Both the position numbers and the translations under genes were made by a program. Below, piece by piece: positions 31,911-46,922 of a DNA stretch of 64,000 nucleotides. The DNA lies in NCBI GenBank assembly GCA_009914755.4, contig CP068257.2, forward strand, positions 11,968,001 to 12,032,000, written 5' to 3'. Numbering within the stretch: the first letter of the stretch is position 1; each line of letters starts with the position of its first letter. The notes below the pieces were generated by a model. That model had not been told where the DNA came from, searched no databases, and saw nothing but the letters and a program-made list of their open reading frames with translations. This DNA is from the human T2T-CHM13v2.0 reference genome, Homo sapiens.

Positions 31911-33527
31911 AGCTGGAAGTTCTATGAAAACAATGCACATACCATTTTTAAAAAATGTTCATGGTTTCTCTAGAGATTTCAATACCTATTCTAGCTTATT
32001 ACAGTAACCTATAATTTGTACTATACCAACTATGGTATAAAAACCTTAAAATGTATATTTCTGTTTCCTCTCTCCTTTATACTATTTATGTCATGCATTA
32101 TAGTCTCAAATATTATGAATTCCATAATATAAAGTTACTTTTTTAAAAAAAAATTAGACAATCAATTATCTTTAGAGCAATGTAAAATAATTGGGTTATA
32201 TATCTTTATATCTTCTCTGGCATTATTTATTTCTTTGTGTAGTTTCAACTTTCACCTGCTTCCATATTCCTTTTGCCTCAAGAAATGATTTTGACATTTA
32301 TTTTAGTGCATACCTGTTAGCAAGGGACTCTTCCAGTGTTAATCTGCAAATGTCATTTAATTGTTATTTTTGCTGTATTACAGTTAATGGATATAAGATT
32401 GGGGGTTGACTTTTCTTCAGTTATTTAAGAATTTTGTATCATTGGTTTCTGACTTGTAGAGTTACTGACAAGCAGTTCATTATAATGTTTGTTTCTGTTT
32501 ATCTCTCTACACAGTGTTCCTATTTTTTCTGTGACTGAATTCAAGATTTATGGTAATCATTGGTTTTCAGCAGTTTGACTAGTGTGATTATTCTAGCGTT
32601 CTTTAAATTTTGTATTAATCTTTCTTGGATATTTTGAGGTTATTTGGTCTCCTTAGTCATCTTTTTCAAATTTTTCTTCTCTCACATTCTGTTTTTACTT
32701 TCCTTCTGTAATTCCAATTAATTATATTTTAGTTAATTTCATATTACCAGAAAATTCTTGGATTCACTGGAGTATTTTATTTGCTTGGTTTATTGGTTTA
32801 TTTGGTTTTTCTCTTTCCTCCCTTTGTGCTACCATTCAAATGATTTGTATTGACCTAGTATAAAATTTACTGCTTCTTTCTTTAACTCTGATGACCAGTC
32901 TGCTAATCAGCTTGCTGATGTAATTCATCTTTGTTCTCATGCTTTCACTTATTTCTAGATTTTGCCTTTTACTGTTCCCATCTTTGCTGAAATTCCTCAT
33001 TTTTCCATACATGTTGTATTTTTTAACTAGATCCTTTAACATTTTGATCATTATTATTTTAAATTACTTGCATTTAGTTCCAACATCTGAATTATCTCTG
33101 AATTTGATTCTGTTGACTTTTTATCCTTTGAAAATATTATAACTCATAACTCAAATTTCTAACTTGCTTTTATGTGTCTCCCAATTTCTAAAAAATGCAA
33201 ATCATCTGATGTAGAAAAACAGTAGATCATGAGATAATTATGTCGAGATTGTTTTATATTTCTGTTTCATTTTTATGTCATGCTATTAGTGTGGGCAGGA
33301 ACAAAGGTTGCTTTTTGCTGCGGTGTCTGAAACATTCAGTGACCAATGTAACTCAGATTTCTCCAGCAGTAGGCTGCTATGTGATGTGCCTTGTGTGGGG
33401 CCTTAGACTCTGGAGAGCATATGCCAATGATCCTGTTCCACAGTTAGCTTTCGGTAGTCCTTACCACCTATGTTATAGAGAGGGTCTCTCTCCACTTTCT
33501 TGTTCCTCTCTAACTGTAGAACATCAT

Positions 33528-33560
33528 TTTGTGTATATGTGTGTGTGTGTGTGTGTGTGA
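33528..33560. repeat. (TG)n microsatellite
   Basis: tgtgtgtgtgtgtgtgtgtgtg. Confidence 0.9.
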
Positions 33561-35378
33561 CTAGGCAAAAAATTCAGGTTGGGGACAGAGGGATGATTCA
33601 TGTTATTTTTGAGCCAGTTTCATCATTGGACACTCACAGAAGGGGTATTTTTAACACTTCTTGACTCTTATTCTAGTGGGAGTCAAACTGTCACTTACCT
33701 GTGTTGTTTTTTGCAGAAGAAATAATACCTTACCCTCCTCCCACCTCAGTAGTAGAAAACCTCTGATTTATATCATTGCAAGTTTTCAACCCCACAATAA
33801 GGACAAACTCTTTTATTTCTCCTTCCATAGGAACAATATACCTTTGTCTGTGGTCACTGGATGGAGACTTTCCAAACCTTTACCACAGTAGCACGACTCT
33901 GCATTAGTGCAAAATCCTGGGCCCCAAAACAATCCTTGTTCCTCTCCTGATGGAGGAGTATTTTTCTTGCATCCCTCTCCCAGAAGCAGTGATCCTTTGC
34001 CTGGTATCAGGTGGGGTAGGGTAGGGTATGAGAGGTTTCTTAACCTTCTCTGAAAGCTGATGTGTTTTGCTTCTTCTTATCTCCCAGAAACAGTAGACTT
34101 TTGCATGGGTTCATGGACCCAGATGCTTTTTTGCCACAGCAAATTAAGGGTTTTGATTCTTAGGAGAGAAGCAAATGTTCATGTAGTCAATTTTTTTCTT
34201 ATTTATTTTTTGCTTTGTTTTCTTATTTCAGTAATGATGAGTTCAATATGATCATTATTTTCCACTTACACTGCTTGCAACTCTAATGTTTTGTTTTTGT
34301 TAGTCCCCCTTTGACAGTTCAGCACTAAATCAAATGCAGATAATCATCAGTTGTGTGAATAAAGTGTTTTTAATTGAGAACAAAATTGTTGATATAGACA
34401 CAAATTTGGATATTATCCTACTTAGCACAATATGTCGCTGGTTCAAAATGTAAAAACCTCTTTAGGCTGAAGAAAGAATGGTTCTTGGAACTATTGTCCC
34501 TTTTTGACAAATAAAATAAAACCCAATGCTTTTTATCTCATGGATAGATTATTAAAATAACTACATACCTGATCTTCATTTTATGTTCTCTCTCTTCAAG
34601 ATATTCCTTCAAAACTACTTTGACTGATTAGTCTCTTTTGAATTATGTTAGACTCTGTATTTTCTCCACAAGCTCATCAGGGTAAATCCTGCCTTTACAT
34701 TTTTTATAAAAATTCTCTTTTTTTTTCAAATCTTAGTTGAGCTGAAAGATTTCCACCAAATGTCTCCTATGCCAGAAAGCCTTATTTTACTTATCTCCCC
34801 TGTCCTCCTTGCTCAAGCTCATTTAGGAATATTTTAATTAAAACATTCATGCAATACTGTTTTTTAAAAAATCTGAACATATAGTATTTTCAATCTGAAT
34901 ACAAAATAGTGCTCTAATTTGAAAACAAGTTTTAGAAGCAAATGTTTCTAGAAGGAGAATCAACAGTGTCATAAATATCATAATCCAATTTTCCTGTTTG
35001 TACTAAAACATTAGCAAATATTTATTGAGAAATTGCCATCTGCCTGAAAGTATAATGCTTTTGATGCACATTATATCATAAAAACTAGGTACTATTATTA
35101 GTAGTATCTTAAGAGTAAAAATATTGAGTCTTAGAGAAGTTAAGCAATGTGCGCAAATAGCATAGGGAAAGTTGGAATTCTGAAATTCTGACTATGCTGT
35201 GCGTAGGTTAGGAGAATCAAGGCTTGTCAAATGTAACTGTTAAGTCATTGTGGGGATACGGAGGCCTCTGATTGCTAGGGTCAATACACTTAAGCAGATC
35301 ATGTCACTACTTAGTTAAATCTATTTCATTAAAGCAAAATTCCGTAAAGATTATTGGCACCAAAACTATTAATTTTCC

Positions 35379-35478
35379 TTCCTTCCTTTCTCTCTTTCTT
35401 TCCTTCCTTCCTTCCTTCCTTCCTTCCTTCCTTCCTTCCTTCCTTCCTTCCATCCTTCCTTCCTTCCTTCCTTCCTTG
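35379..35478. repeat. (TTCC)n microsatellite
   Basis: ccttccttccttccttcc... for about 100 bp. Confidence 0.95.
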
Positions 35479-35492
35479 TCTTTCTGTCTTTC

Positions 35493-35803
35493 TTTGAGAC
35501 AGGGTCTCATTCTGTTGCCCAAGCTGGAGTGCAGTGGCACAATCATGGCTCACTGCAGCCCCAGCTTCCCCAGACTCCGGTGATCCTCCCACCTCATCCT
35601 CCTGAATAGCTGGGACTACAGGCAGGCAAGCCACTATGCCTGGCTAAATTTTCTTTTTCTTTTTCTTTTTTTTTTTTTTTTTTTTGTAAAGATTGGGTTT
35701 CACCATGTTGCCGAGCCTGGTCTGCAACTACTCAGCTCAAGCAATCCACCTGCCTTTGCCTCCCAAAGTATTGGGACTCCAGGTGTAAGCCACATGCCTG
35801 GCC
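35493..35803 (-). mobile_element. Alu SINE
   Basis: tttgagacagggtctcattctgttgcccaagctggagtgcagtggcacaatcatggctcactgcagcc ... ggactccaggtgtaagccacatgcctggcc. Confidence 0.9.
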
Positions 35804-37239
35804 AAAAATATTATTTAACAAGTTCAATTTAACTATTAGATTTTGGACAATGAGGGATAGAATTTTCTACATCATAAATCATCTTGTGTTCTTTATTTAA
35901 AGTAATATGTAAGGATTTCAATTTGATTCAAATATATTTATTAGCAAATTAAATGTCTTTTTCAGGATTCCAAACTTTTGTTGAAGACATAAATGTTAAA
36001 TGATGTCACTAATTTTAATTAGATTAGCAGAAAGGTACTCTGGTGTTTAATAACAATGACAGAATGGGCTATTAATTTTATTTTCTTTCCCTTTCTCCCT
36101 TTCCCCTTTTTAAAATATTTTACTTTTTAGGCTCTTTGGAATCCTGTAGATAGAGTTTTGGAGAATTAGACAAAACACTCACAGAAACTGCCAACCCTTG
36201 GATGAAATATATTGTTACTGTGCTTTGGGATTAAAATAACTACAGTTTATAGAACTTTTGTACTGATACACAGACACTAAAAAGGGAAAGGGTTTGGATG
36301 AGAAGCTCTGCTATGCAACCAGGAATCTCAGCCACTCATTTCTGTCGGAGCTGCAGGAGCTCCCTGTAAAGAGAGGTTATGGAGTCTGTAGCTTCAGGAA
36401 AGATACTTAAAACCCTTCAGAGTTTCTCCATTTTTCCCAGAGTTTCCCCAAAAAGGTTATGACATTTTATAAGAATGCTTCACTTGTGATAAACTAATAT
36501 CAAAGTCTTCTTGTAATTTATATTTAAGGATAAATCTTTATCCCATGTTTAATTTATTTAGCTTACCCTGTAGCTAATATTTCATGCTGAACACATTTTA
36601 AATGCTGTAAATATAGATAATATAATTTATGGATCATTAATGCCTCTCTAGTAGTTTAGAGAAAATGTCAAAAGAAATGGCCCCAGAATAAGCTTCTTGA
36701 TTTGTAAAATTCTATGTCATTGACTCAAGTTTGTATGGCATCTCAAAATATAAATATAGACATCTCAGAAAATATATTTGAAATAGCAAATTCCTGTTAG
36801 AAAAGAATAGTACTTAACTAGATAAGAATAACAAGTCACCATTATTTGAATTGTCTCCTATTAATTTTTGTTGTGTTGTGTTACTCATGTTTTACTTATG
36901 GGGGATATACATAACTTCTGCTGTTTTCAGAATTATTGTATGCAGTCAGTATGAGAATGCAATTTAAGTTTCCTTGATGCTTTCTCACACCTCTATTACT
37001 AGAAATAAGAATACAGTAATATTGGCAAAGAAAATTGACCAGTTCAATAAAATTTTTTAGTAAATCTGATTGAAAATAAACATTGCTTATGGCTTTCTTA
37101 CATCAATATTGTTATGTCTTAGACTACCTTATGTGAAATTAAGGCTTTGAAATTCTAATTATGTGCAAATGTGTAAAATAGCATCACCTAACGCTATATA
37201 ATATACTCTATTTCTATACTGTGATGGCAGGTTTATAAT

Positions 37240-37800
37240 TCTGGAAAGATATACACAACATGAAATTTACCTTTTTAATCACTTTAAGTGCACAGTTTTG
37301 TGGCATTAAGTATATTTGCACTATTGTGCAACAGTCACCACCATAGACCTCCAAAACTTGTCTTCTTCTCCAACTAAAATGCTTTACTCATTGAACACCA
37401 ACTTCCCATTCCTCTCCCTCTCCTTCCCCCTAGCAATCACCATTCTACTTTCTGTCTCTACAACTTTCACTAAGTAACTCATAGAAGTGGCATGATAGAA
37501 TGTTTGAATTTTTCTGACTGGCTTATTTCACTTAGCATGTCTTCAAGTTTCATCTATTTTGTAGCATGTGTGAGAATATATTTTAAGGCTGAATATTATT
37601 ATGTTGCCGTATATACCACATTTTGTTTAACCACTCATCCATCAATATTCACAAGGGCTGCTCCCTCCCTTTGATTATTGTGAATAATATTGCTAATGGA
37701 CACGCTGCACAAACATCTGTTTGGTCCCTCTGCTCATTTATTTTGGATATGGATTTGCATTTTAATACAAAGGAGAAATTACACAGCTTTTTAAAAGTGT
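37240..37800 (-). mobile_element. Ancient L1 (L1M/L1MA-like) 3' region fragment
   Basis: ctgactggcttatttcacttagcatgtcttcaagtttcatc...ttaaggctgaatattattatgttgccgtatataccacattttgtttaaccactcatccatcaatattcacaagggctgct matches the characteristic reverse-complement L1M 3'-end motif. Confidence 0.55.
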
Positions 37801-39649
37801 CCAGATAAAAAGGAGCACAACATCAGTAAAATATTAGAACGTAGATTAGGGGGAAAAACAGGGAAGGAATTGAACCAAAAGTCAATAAGCTGCATAAGAG
37901 AGTTTCAAGAGGAGGAAAAAATTGACAATATTAACATAGAATTAAAGAGCGATAGGTAGATATTTAGAAAATTGTCTCATGTACTTATATGTCGCCTGTG
38001 AACTGATATTTACATTATTTTATTATTCCAGGTTTCCAAAAGTAAGTGCAATATGAGAGTTTCATGATGCTAAATAAACTGAAACATGCTATATATTTTG
38101 ATATATTGTCCTTGAGAGGAGGCTGAGTGGTAATTAGTGCAATTTTAAATTATGATATGATAATGCAGTCAATCTGCCAAACTGACAAACAGTATATATA
38201 CAATATGTATACATTTCTCGCAAAATTCAGTTTTATCATACAATTAAATTATGATTTAAAACTACCTGACAATTAATGGAGGAAAAAAATAAAACAACAT
38301 TTGCATTAATATTACCATAATTTTGATATTATTGTAAATATCAAAATATGTACTTAGAGATAAACCAGCAAAAAAGAGAAACATTTGAAAACTACAAAAC
38401 TACAAAATATTGCTAAAATAAATGAGACCTAAATAAATGGAATTTATGAGTCATAAATCTCTATATTGTTAAGATGTCTACTCTTCCCACATTGATCTAT
38501 AACAATTCCAATCAAATCACAGCTGGATTTCTTATTTTAGAAATTGAGAAACTAAAATTCTGAAATGTACATCAATGGGTAGAGGACCTATAATGGCAAA
38601 TTACTTTGAAAGGAAACAGTTACTTTGAAACCAGGTGCTGCTGGAGAATAAACAGCACCTGGATTCAAGACTTAGAACGTTACAGTAATACTTAAGACAA
38701 TGTAGTACAAATATAGATATACACATGTATATCAGCTATCAGCTAATTTTTGATAAAGTTCTTAGACCATTCATGGACATAACATTTTCAACAAATGCTT
38801 CTGAAACAATTAGATATCCCAGTATATATTTGTGTGTATGTGTGAAGCTCAATACTTCACACCTGAGAGGTATGAGTGTGCATTACAAAAGAGAACTAGG
38901 AAGCTTTGAGAGTATTGGATATGCTCATTGTCCCCTTCATGGTGATTGTTTAATGGGCACATGTACATATCAAATTCATCTCATTTACACTTTAAATATT
39001 GGAAGTGTGTTTTATGTTCGTTAGACATGAATAAAGCTGCAAAATGTTACCAAATATTCACTTACTATGCTTTTATTCATTTTCCTCTCTCTATAAACCT
39101 TCAGATAGAAAATGCAGTTGAAAGATATTTCATAAAGGAAGAAAAGAAGTATGAATACAGGTGAGAGATATTACTGAGATTTTTTTTCAGTGCAATCCTG
39201 GGCTTTTCTGACTAGCAATATTTTTATGTGCAGAAGTAGTAGAAAAGATAAATATTTTGTACAGTAGAAAAACACATTATTTCTGTGCCATGGAAGAGAG
39301 AACTCACAAAGATGACAGCTTCTGGCTATGTTGGATACTAACCAGTACTGTAAGTACCCAACGATCTGACTTTAACACTGGCTGTAAAGCTCCTTTAATG
39401 TTCCTTGCAAGGATTTGAACCTATTTACTGGAACCCTCATCGCTTATTGAGTTGAAAAACATTGTTGATATGTGTTTATCTTATATTTGCAGTAGAGTCA
39501 TAATTTTACTTTTTAGAAAATTATATATTAAACAAAAAAAGACACATGAAATTGTATATTGTTTAATGTTTCAACTGTGATATCACTCCATATGCATATT
39601 TAAATTCCTATTTGATAAAGGATAGGAAATACAGAAAGAATTCTTGTGA

Positions 39650-40330
39650 TAATAGCGAACACAGAACTGTTGAAAGGTGTTGAAGCTGAGCTGGAGAGAG
39701 TCACCAAGGCTGGCGCCAAAGCTGGCAAGGTCGGAGGGTTTCCTGCCTGGGCGGCACAGCTTGAGCTCGCCCTGCGTCACGAGTGGTGGAAACTGCAGAC
39801 CCAGCTGGGCCCTGAGGTCTCTGCCTCAGCCTCCCGCCTGCTAGGAGCTGCGCTGAGGTCCCAGATAGGCGACGCTGGCGGGGTGCCCCTGAGCGAAGGC
39901 AGCCCATGTGTGGGACAGCAGCAGGAGACCAGGGTCCAGGGACCCACCTCCCACCGCGGGAACCTCGAGCCTCCCCTGGCACCCCTAGCTTGGTCCGCCT
40001 GGCCTCCGGAGCCCGGTGTGTATCCTGGTCATGGGGACGCCCACCAGGTGCCCGGGAGTCCCCCTCGGCCACAGCCTGCGGCTCCGCCGGCCCTCAAGCC
40101 CGGTGTGGGGACTCCAGCCCTGCCGCCTCTGCTCCCGCCAGGCCGGGACCTGTCCTCCTCCTGGGCGCCCGGCAGTAGGGGCGATGCACACTGCCCGCTG
40201 CCCTGCACAGCCTTTCGCCGCACATCCCCTCTCGCCCCTCTGCCCCGGGCCAGGACCTTCCTGGCCGCACAGAACCCACCTTCCTTCCCGTTGTAGAGCT
40301 GCTCCGCTTCCCCAACCCACAGGGAAAAAC
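39650..40330. promoter_or_regulatory. CpG-island-like GC-rich block
   Basis: Dense CpG runs (ggcgcc, gcgtcacgag, gacgctggcgggg, ccgcggg, ctcgagc, tccgcctggcctccggagcccgg, gcggctccgccggcc...) inside an otherwise AT-rich, repeat-dense region. ORFs on both strands have no recognisable protein similarity. Confidence 0.35.
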
Positions 40331-40804
40331 GGCAGATCTCCAACCAAACAGAAATCTGTGTGTGACTCCTCTGGTTTGATACTGCCAGTCCCCACATTTT
40401 CTTCCGGGTGTTTTCTTGGCAGAATGTGCTCAATGTTTGATGTTTCACCAGCAATGAGGCTGAAAAGTGACAGCAATAGAGAAACACATCAGGCTTTCCG
40501 TGACAAACATGACCTTCCCTTCTTCAAAACTCAGCAATCTCCACGGCACACAAAGGACTTAGGACAAGATGACCGAGCTGGAGTGCTCGCCCCAAAATGC
40601 AGGCCCGGAGTGGGTCACCTCCTTAGGGCAGGCCCAGGCTTGTCCTGGCTGCCCCGGCGCCTTTCTCCTCCCACCCAATGCAGGGGACCCCACAAACTCG
40701 GCTGTTGGGGCTCCCTGCTCCTCCCTCCACAGAAGCCACCTCCTGCCCTCCAAGCTGGGGGTCTCCTGGGGCGTCCTGGGCTGAGAGGGAAAGACGCCAG
40801 CTCC

Positions 40805-41405
40805 GCAAGCCAGGAAGGGAACACCGCCACATTGTTACACGCACACACCACCACACTGTCACATGTACAGACACACGGAGACATTACCACACGGACACAC
40901 CGTCACATGGACACACTGGCACATTCACATGGACGGACACACAGACATACGGAGAAATCCACACGGACACACCACCACACTATCACAGGGACACACAGAC
41001 ACACGGAGACATCACATGGACACACCACCACACTATCACAGGGACACACAGACACACAAGAGACATCACTACACTGTCACATGGACACACCATCACAGGA
41101 ACACACAAACACACTGCCACATGGACACTGCCACACACAGACACACCGCCACACTGTCACATGGACACACCTCCACACTGTCAGACACCACCACACAGAC
41201 ACTGCCATGTGGACACAAGGACACACAGACATTGTCACATGGATACACACACTGTCACACGGAGACATCACCATGCAGATACATGAACACACCACCACAT
41301 GGACATAGCACCACACAGACACTCTGCCACACGGACACACCACCACACAGACACACCACCACGCTGCCACACAGAGACACCACCACATCGTTGCCACATT
41401 TTCAT
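40805..41405. repeat. CA-rich degenerate minisatellite (~50-55-bp units)
   Basis: Iterated cacacggacacacc / ccaccacactgtcacatggacacac / cacagggacacacagacacacggagacatcacatgg units. The 430-aa + ORF (40016-41308, HTDT-rich) and the 202- and 196-aa ORFs across it are low-complexity read-through, not genes. Confidence 0.85.
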
Positions 41406-41473
41406 GTGTCAGCTGGCGGTGTGGGCCCCACGACTCTGAGCTCTAATAGATAAATTACTTAGGCATATAGTGA

Positions 41474-41778
<305 letters not shown>

Positions 41779-41789
41779 AATTTCTTTCC

Positions 41790-42940
41790 ATCTCCTGTGT
41801 TATTGCTTTGGCAGTGGAAATGCGCGTGGCCTCTAGAGTGGGTCCCAAGGTCATGAAGGCCTGTAAGGTGGAGGGCAAGGTCTCTCTTTCCAGGCTGGAA
41901 TGGAGGAAGATGTGGTGGCCGAGGGGCTGCATGTCCTCCTCGCGGCAGGCCCCTGAGGACCTTTATCCTCCTGAGCCGCAAATGTCCCTCAGGGGTGTCT
42001 AAAGCGCTGGGTGGGGCCCTTATAGGCCTTACGAGCTCTGGCCAATTAGTGGTCCGTAAAACGCAGAGGTGAACACCATAGAACCACAGGTCCAGGAGAA
42101 TTTTGCAAAAGCTCTGAGGATGCCCTTTTTTATTCTCCCACTGCAAAATTGTTTTAAAAAGCAAAAAATCCAGCAATGTCCGGGGAAAGTCAATACTGAG
42201 TGTCAGCGCGGGATGCTGCCGCTGATACGGTCCCGGCGTCCTGGCCGAAAGTGGCCTCCTCGGGGACCGCATCTCCGCGCACCATGGCAGCAAACGCCAG
42301 CGGTTTGTGGGCGGATGGTGTCCCCGTGGCCATCCCCGCTCCTGAGTGCGGAAGGACAGACAGGAGCGGGGACTTCTGGGTGTTCCTGGTGTCAGCCAGC
42401 TTGACGCCGTTGTTCCTCCTGGAAATCCGGGATTTGGAGAAGCACCTGGTTCCTGATGGAGGCCGTGGGCCTCTTGGTCCCCGCTTACCAGGCAGCGGCG
42501 CCAGCCTAGTTCTCAGCCCCGTCCCTGATGGGCGCCGCCTTCCATCAGGCCAAAGACTTTCCTCCAAACTACCCTTCTTGGGGCAGGGAAGCAGCATCCT
42601 GGGCCTTCCCTGGGGCCTGTGGTGCTGGCAGCAGCTCCACGTTGAGGTCGCCTGCAGCCCGCACCGCGGAGCGCTGGAGGTTCCTGAGCCCGGTCTGGGG
42701 AGGCCAATCCGCAGGTGCCTGGTGCCCGGTGCCTGCCGCAGTCTCAAAAGCGCCTGGAGGTGACATCCAGGAGCACCACTGCACCACCCGCAGGGAGACC
42801 CACGGCGAGGCGCGCCCCCTAAAGCGGCCAAGGAAGAAGCAGAAGGATAGGAAGGCACCCAGAGCTTGGGGTGATCTCAGGCCGCCCGCCCCGACCAAGT
42901 TCCTGGTCTCCGGGAGGTTTTTTTTTAATTTCTTCCATAT
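41790..42940. other. GC/CpG-rich block without recognisable repeat or protein homology
   Basis: High G+C and many CpG (cgcgggatgctgccgctgatacggtcccggcgtcctggccgaaag..., ccgcaccgcggagcgctgg..., ggcgaggcgcgccccc). Long ORFs occur on both strands, as expected for GC-rich DNA (187 aa +, 222 aa -). Confidence 0.4.
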
Positions 42941-42964
42941 TATTATCTTTATTATTATTAACTT

Positions 42965-43415
42965 TTCAAGATGGATTAAAGACTTAAATGTTAGATCTAA
43001 AACCGTAAAAACCCTAGAAGAAAACCTAGGCAATACCATTCAGGACATAGGCATGGGCAAGGACTTCATGTCTAAATCACCAAAAGCAATGGCAACAAAA
43101 GCCAAAATTGACAAATGGGATCTAACTAAACTAAAGAGCTTCTGCACAGCAAAAGAAACTACCATCAGAGTGAACAGGCAACTTACAGAATGGGAGAAAA
43201 ATTTTGCAATCTACCCATCTGACAAAGGGCTAATATCCAGAATCTACAAAGAACTTAAACAAATATACAAGAAAAAATCAAACAATCCCATCAAAAAGTG
43301 GGGGAAGGATATGAACAGACACTTCTCAGAAGAAGACATTTATGCAGCCAACAGACACATGAAAAAATGTTCATCATCACTGGCCATCAGAGAAATGCAA
43401 ATCAAAACCACAATC
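42965..43415 (+). mobile_element. L1 ORF2 C-terminal fragment embedded in GC-rich DNA
   Basis: Encodes [148 protein letters not shown]. Confidence 0.85.
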
Positions 43416-44879
43416 CGGGAGGTATTGCCAAAGACGATGTGGGCTTTCTGGGCAATGTCCGGCCTGAGCTGGAGATTCTGGGACGCGGTCAAGTGGTCCT
43501 TTGGAGATTCCACGGCTTCGGATCCCTACTGCAGGATGCTCCGCTGTGTCTGACAGCCTCTGGCATTTTGCTGAGGGGTAACCTCGGAATGTATAGACAT
43601 AAGAACACTGGGATGGCCCAGTCGTGCCCCAGGCATTCCCGCACACAGTGGTGGCAAAGGCAGGCGCTGAGACAAAGTGCCCAGTCGGCTTGGTGAGAGT
43701 TCTTTACAGGTTAGTGACAGACTTGGTCCCGTGCTTGTGTTTTCTCATGTTTTCAGTTAACCTGCGGATGCCCAGGGGCTCCTCCATCTCCAGCCTGTTC
43801 TCCTCGGGCTGAAGCCCAAAGTCCCCCATTTTCTCCTCAAACAGCTCACAGAGCCACTTCTGCAGGCAGGAGGACAGCGGTGGGCTCAGTGGCTGACCTA
43901 GGAAGCCACATCTGAAGGAACTGCTGGGTGACTATGGCCATAAGTCAATCAAAGCAGACTCCCTGGCTTGCTGCGCTACATTGATTTTGTTTTCATTTTT
44001 TAAAAGACGCAGAAGGGAGGTCCTAGGAAATTTGCCCAATGCAGATGCTGACAAGAGTGGTGACATGAAAAAGATTACCCAGAAGGAAAACAAGAGCTAT
44101 TTTCTAAACATCTGAAATCTGTATAGGCTTTTGGAAAAGTGAAACTAGATGCAAAGCACAATGATATAATTCTGGCAATTTCCACTGACACAGAACTCAG
44201 TCAATCTGAATTAATCTAAGGGTTATAAGGAAAATGGCACTCCAAGAAGTATCTATTAACATCACTCAGCTGCTGTGAAATAGGCTTACAGACAACACGG
44301 AGTGTCAATTATCCAATGTTTAAAGTCAGTGATACAGATTGGACTACAATCTCTATGGCTCATAAAGTCTTCTTTAAAGGATTGACAGATGATTTATCTC
44401 ATATGTAGACAATGATTCTCAGCAGTTAGCTAGCACAACTTGCTAATATCAATTGCTTGAGAAAATCAGATAATTGCTTGAGAAAATTAGGACATTGCTT
44501 GAGGATGTTAGGTAATTAAATAAATTACTTTTTTAAAGAATAGTTTAATGTTTTGGCAAGTAGACTTTAAAATAGATTGGTAATATTTTAAAGGCCACTT
44601 TTAAAGAAGTAGCAATATAACATGTGGAATTATGAAAAATAATAATGTTGGAAACAATTCAATTTTCTATCACAGATAATTTCACAAATATAGAAATACC
44701 ATCTCAATAATTAGAAGAAGTAGCAGCAATTTCTGTCATTTTTATGCAAGTTACTCCTAGTCCATTTATCTGGTCTTAAATAGTGTTTTTAAAATTTGTT
44801 TTCAAACAAGTCTAATCATAAATAATAGAATATATTTTACAATAGTTGAAGGTAACAAAAAATAAGTGCTATTTAAAAA

Positions 44880-46450
44880 ATTGTATTAGATTGTTTAAAA
44901 ATGTTGTGGGTACATAGTATGTGTATGTATCTGTGGGGTCCCTGAGATGTTTTGATACAGGCATGTAATGTGAAATAAGCACATCTTGGGGAATGGGGTA
45001 TCCCTCCCCTCAAGCATTTATCCTTCAAGTTATAAAAAATGCAATTACAGTCTTAGTTATTTCAAAATGTACCATTAAATTATTATTGGATATAGTCACC
45101 CTATTGTGCTATAAAATAGTAGGTCTTATTAACTCTCTATTTTTATACCCATTAACCATCCCCACCTTCCCACAAACCTCCCCCCAGCTACCTTTCCCAG
45201 CCTCTGATAACCATCCTTATACTCCATATGTCCATGAGTTTGTTTTGATTTTAGATTCCACAAATAAGTAAGAACATGTAACATTTGTCTTTCTGCGCCT
45301 GGCTTATTTCACTTAATATAATGATCCATAATGTTCCATCATTGTTACTGACAATGACTGGATCTTGTTCTTTGTTACAGCTGAATAGTCCTCCATTGTG
45401 TATATGTACCACATTTTCTTTATCCATTCATCTGTTGATGGACACTAAGGTTTCTTCCAAATCTTAGTTTTGTAAACAGTGCTGCAACAAATATGGGAGT
45501 GCAGATATGTATTTGACATACTGATTTCCTTCATTTTTGGTATAGACCCAGCAGTAGGATTGCTAGATCATATGGTAGCTCAACTTTTAGTTTATTGAGA
45601 AACATCCAAACAGTTCACCTTGGTGGTTTTATTAATTTACATTCCCAGGAGCAGTGTACAAGTGTTCCATTTTCTCTGCATCCCTGCTAGCATTTGTTAC
45701 TGCCTGTCTTTTGCATACAAGTCATATAAACTGTGGTGAGATGATATCTCATTGTAGTTTTGATTTGCATTTCTCTGATGATCGGTGATATTGAGCACCT
45801 TTTCTTATACCTGTTTGCCATTTGTAGGTCTTCTTTCGAGAAATATCTATTCAAATCTTTTGCCCCCTTTTTTTTAACCAGGTTATTAGATTGTTTCTTA
45901 AAGAGTTGTTTGAGCTTTTTATATATTCTGATTATTAATCCTTTGTTGGATGAGTAGTTTGCAAATATTTTCTCCCATTCTGTGGATTGTCTCTTAACTT
46001 TGTTGATTGTATCATTTTCTGTGCAGAAGCGTTTTAACTTAATGTGATCCATTTGTCCATTTTTGCTTTGGTTGCCTGTGCTTGTCGGGTATTGCTCAAG
46101 ATATTTTTGCCCAGACCAATGTCCTGGAGATTTTTTTATAGTTTGAGGTATTAGCTTTACATCTTTAATCAACTTTGATTTTACTTTTGTATTCGGTGAT
46201 AGATACTAGTCTGTTTTCATTCTTCTGCATATGGATATCCAGTTTTTTCAACACCATTTCCCACCAGTGTATGTTCTTGGCACCTTTGTCAAAAATGAGT
46301 TCACTGTAGGTATATAGATTTGTTACTGGGTTCTCTATTGTGTTCCATTGATCTATGGGTCTCTTTTTATGCCAGTACCCTACTCTTTTGGTTACTATAA
46401 TTCTGTAGTATAATATGAAGTCAGATAATATAATTCCTCCACTTTTATTT
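44880..46450 (-). mobile_element. Older L1 3' portion (ORF2 C-terminus plus 3' UTR)
   Basis: Minus ORF 45687-46172: ...DHIKLKRFCTENDTINKVKRQSTEWEKIFANYSSNKGLIIRIYKKLKQ...[14 protein letters not shown]. The 3'-UTR motif ctggcttatttcacttaatataatgatc...attgtgtatatgtaccacattttctttatccattcatctgttgatggacac is in reverse complement. Confidence 0.85.
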
Positions 46451-46623
46451 ATTTATTTATTTTTGCTTAGGATAGTATTATTTCTTATACTGAAAGCATT
46501 CTATGTTATTTATTATTAGGCTAATTTTGTAGTTTACAATGCTATCCTCTTTTACAAAGCTGTGATCAACTCAAAGTCCAGATCAGGGTCAATTGTAGCT
46601 ATTTGCAAAAGTAGCAATATTCT

Positions 46624-46922
<299 letters not shown>

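Noticed and set aside
39646-40296. 216-aa + ORF (…ELLKGVEAELERVTKAGAKAGKVGGFPAWAAQLELALRHEWWKLQ…) and overlapping minus ORFs in the CpG-rich block
   Set aside because: GC-rich sequence yields long ORFs by chance. Both strands are open, the product is proline/alanine/glycine-rich low-complexity, and I recognise no protein family. Retained only as a possible CpG island, not as a CDS.
40016-41308. 430-aa + strand ORF (and overlapping 202- and 196-aa ORFs) rich in H/T/D (HTDTH... repeats)
   Set aside because: It reads through a CA-rich degenerate minisatellite (cacacggacacacc...). The low-complexity repeat-encoded peptide has no start context or domain similarity, so it is an ORF-finder artefact.
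42528-43553. 341-aa + strand ORF, the longest in the window
   Set aside because: A chimera of GC-rich non-coding sequence read in frame into an L1 ORF2 fragment (…[36 protein letters not shown]…); not an independent gene.
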